DNA from: Eledone cirrhosa
Lineage: Eukaryota
NCBI GenBank assembly: GCA_964016885.1
Contig: OZ024743.1
Coordinates: 7,626,001 to 7,690,000 of the forward strand
Length of the DNA: 64,000 nucleotides
Reading direction: 5' to 3'
Shown: in pieces, positions 62,201 through 64,000 of the stretch
How positions within the stretch are numbered: the first letter of the stretch is position 1
Layout: the number at the start of each line of letters is the position of its first letter
Notes under the pieces: generated by a model
Told to the model about the DNA's origin: nothing
The model's input: the letters and a program-made list of their open reading frames with translations, nothing else
Database searches by the model: none
Position numbers and translations under genes: made by a program

Positions 62201-64000
62201 AATCTACCTCATCTAATATAATCTACCTCATCTAATACTATAATCTACCACATCTAATACTATAATCTACATTATCTAATACTATAATCTACCTCATCTA
62301 ATATATTCTACCTCTTCTAATACTATAATCTACCTCATCTAATACTATAATCTACTCCATCTAATACTATAATCTACCTCGTCTAATACTATAATTTACC
62401 TCATCTAATAATATAATCTACCTCATCTAATACAATAATCTACCTCATCTAATATAATCTATCTCATCTAATACTATAATCTACCTCACCTAATACTATA
62501 ATCTACCCCATCTAATATAATATCTACCACATCTAATACTATAATATACCCCATCTAATACTACATTCTACCTAATCTAATGCTATAATCTACCACATCT
62601 AATAATATAACCTACAGATCTAATACTATAATCTACCTCATCTAATATAATCTACCTCAAGTAATACTATAATCTACCTCATTTAATATAATCTACCTCG
62701 TCTAATACTATAATCTACGTCATCTAATACTATAATCTACCCTATCTAATATAATATCAACCAAATCTAATACTATAACCTACGTCATCTAATACTATAA
62801 TCTACCCCATCGACTATAATCTACTACATCTAATACTATAATCTACGTCATCTAATACTATAATCTACCCAATCTAATATAATCTACGACATCTATTACT
62901 ATAATCTAACTCATCTTATATAATCTACCACATCTCATACTATAATCTACCACATCCAATATAATCTAGCTCATCTAAAACTATAATCTACCTCGTCTAA
63001 TACTATAATCTACCTCATCTAATATAATCTACCTCATCTAATATAATCTACCTAATATAATACTATAATCTACCTAAACTTATACTATAATCTATTTCAT
63101 CTAATACTATAATCTACCTCGTCTAATACTATAATCTACCTCATGTAATAATATAATCTACCTCATCTAATATAATCTACCCCATGTAATACTACATTCT
63201 ACCCCATCTAATACTATAATCTACCTCATCTAATACTATAATCTACTCCATCTAATACTATTATCTACCCCATCTAATACTATAATCTGCCCCATCTAAT
63301 ACTATAATCTACCTCATCTAATACTATAATCTACCCCATCTAATACTATAATCTACCTCATCTAATAATATAATCTACCCCATTTAATATTATAATCTAC
63401 CCCATCGAATAATATAAGCTACCTCATCTAATACTATAATCTACCCTATCTATTACTATAATCTACCTCATCTAATACTATAATCTACCTCATCTAATAC
63501 TATAATCTACCTCATCTAAAACTATAATCTACGTCATCTAATACTATAATCTACCTCATCTAATACTATAATCTACCTCATCTAATATAATCTACGTCAT
63601 CTATTACTATAATCTACCTCATCTAATACTATAATCTACCTCATCTAATACTATAATCTACCTCATCTAAAACTATAATCTACGTCATCTAATACCATTA
63701 TCTACGTCATCTAATTCTATAATCTACCTCATGTAATATAATCTACCTCATATAATACTACAATCTACCTCATCTAATACTATAATCTATCACCTCCAAT
63801 ACTATAATCTACCACATTTAATACTATAATCTACCTCATCTAATACTATAATCTACATCATGTAATATAATCTACCACATCTAATACTATAATCTACCTC
63901 ATCTAATACTATAATCTACCCCATCTAATACTATATTCTAACCCCAACTAATACTATAATCTACCCCATCTAATACTATAATCTACCTCATCTAATACTA
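59230..64000 (+). repeat. Domain 6: tandem duplication of about 1.46 kb plus a partial third copy; about 60.8-63.2 kb is homologous to about 49.7-52.2 kb
   Basis: TACCTCCTTTAATAATAAAATTT 59741/61201; CTATCACCTC 59891/61351 (offset 1460) and 63787. CCTAAACTTA 52091/63073 and TCTCATTCTA 50651/61643 are about 11 kb apart. Confidence 0.82.

Larger units (their letters stand above)
1..64000 (+). repeat. 22-bp satellite tandem array, consensus TATAATCTACCTCATCTAATAC, about 2,900 monomers, extending beyond both window edges
   Basis: TATAATCT starts at 1, 23 and 45 (period 22), and the unit or a 1-3-difference variant continues to position 64000. I saw no inverted monomers or non-repeat insert. The consensus is 27% GC with no G on the + strand. 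Confidence 0.99.

Noticed and set aside
1-64000. Repetitive protein-coding ORF on either strand
   Set aside because: The period of 22 is not a multiple of 3, so every frame cycles through stops. The + strand reads YNLPHLIL*STSSNTIIYLI*Y and the - strand reads VLDEVDYSIR*GRL*Y*MR*II per 66 nt.
1-64000. Giant ORF under an alternative genetic code (+ strand consensus has only TAA stops; - strand only TAG/TGA)
   Set aside because: This follows trivially from the G-free + strand. Indels of 1 and 7 bp are tolerated and variants show no codon-position pattern.
1-64000. CRISPR array or repeat-spacer system with the variable CCTC slot as spacer
   Set aside because: Monomers abut directly, the variable part is about 4 nt of point variants of one sequence, and there is no leader, repeat hairpin or cas gene.
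1-64000. Canonical telomerase-synthesised telomere tract
   Set aside because: The unit matches no telomere motif I recognise, and complex variants are inherited in kb-scale blocks rather than being uniform template copies. A non-telomerase terminal role is kept as a hypothesis in the findings.
1-64000. Variants are just sequencing noise, or the sequence is synthetic
   Set aside because: Complex multi-base variants recur in the same order at fixed offsets, and paralogous blocks differ slightly from each other. Copy number of the near-identical blocks still needs read support.

Overview
The whole 64 kb window is one uninterrupted head-to-tail tandem array of a 22-bp monomer (consensus TATAATCTACCTCATCTAATAC; minus strand GTATTAGATGAGGTAGATTATA). 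There are about 2,900 copies (64000/22), all in one orientation, with no unique sequence, gene, RNA gene, transposon or array end visible. The consensus is 8 A, 8 T, 6 C and 0 G, so the + strand is almost G-free. It is best read as eukaryote-type satellite DNA (heterochromatic, subtelomeric or centromeric); the organism cannot be identified from the sequence. Rare private variants act as barcodes and reveal nested duplications (about 0.26, 0.30, 0.37, 0.52, 1.05, 1.46, 1.9-2.2, 2.9, 3.2-3.8, 6-7 and 11 kb) and several domains with distinct variant sets. One 16.6 kb domain appears to have expanded inside, and split, an older layer. I found no protein-coding or other new biological system. The open questions are the array's architecture and whether it is a chromosome-terminal repeat. 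Domain and duplication boundaries were read by eye and are approximate (plus or minus a few monomers); offsets between quoted markers were counted from the coordinates.
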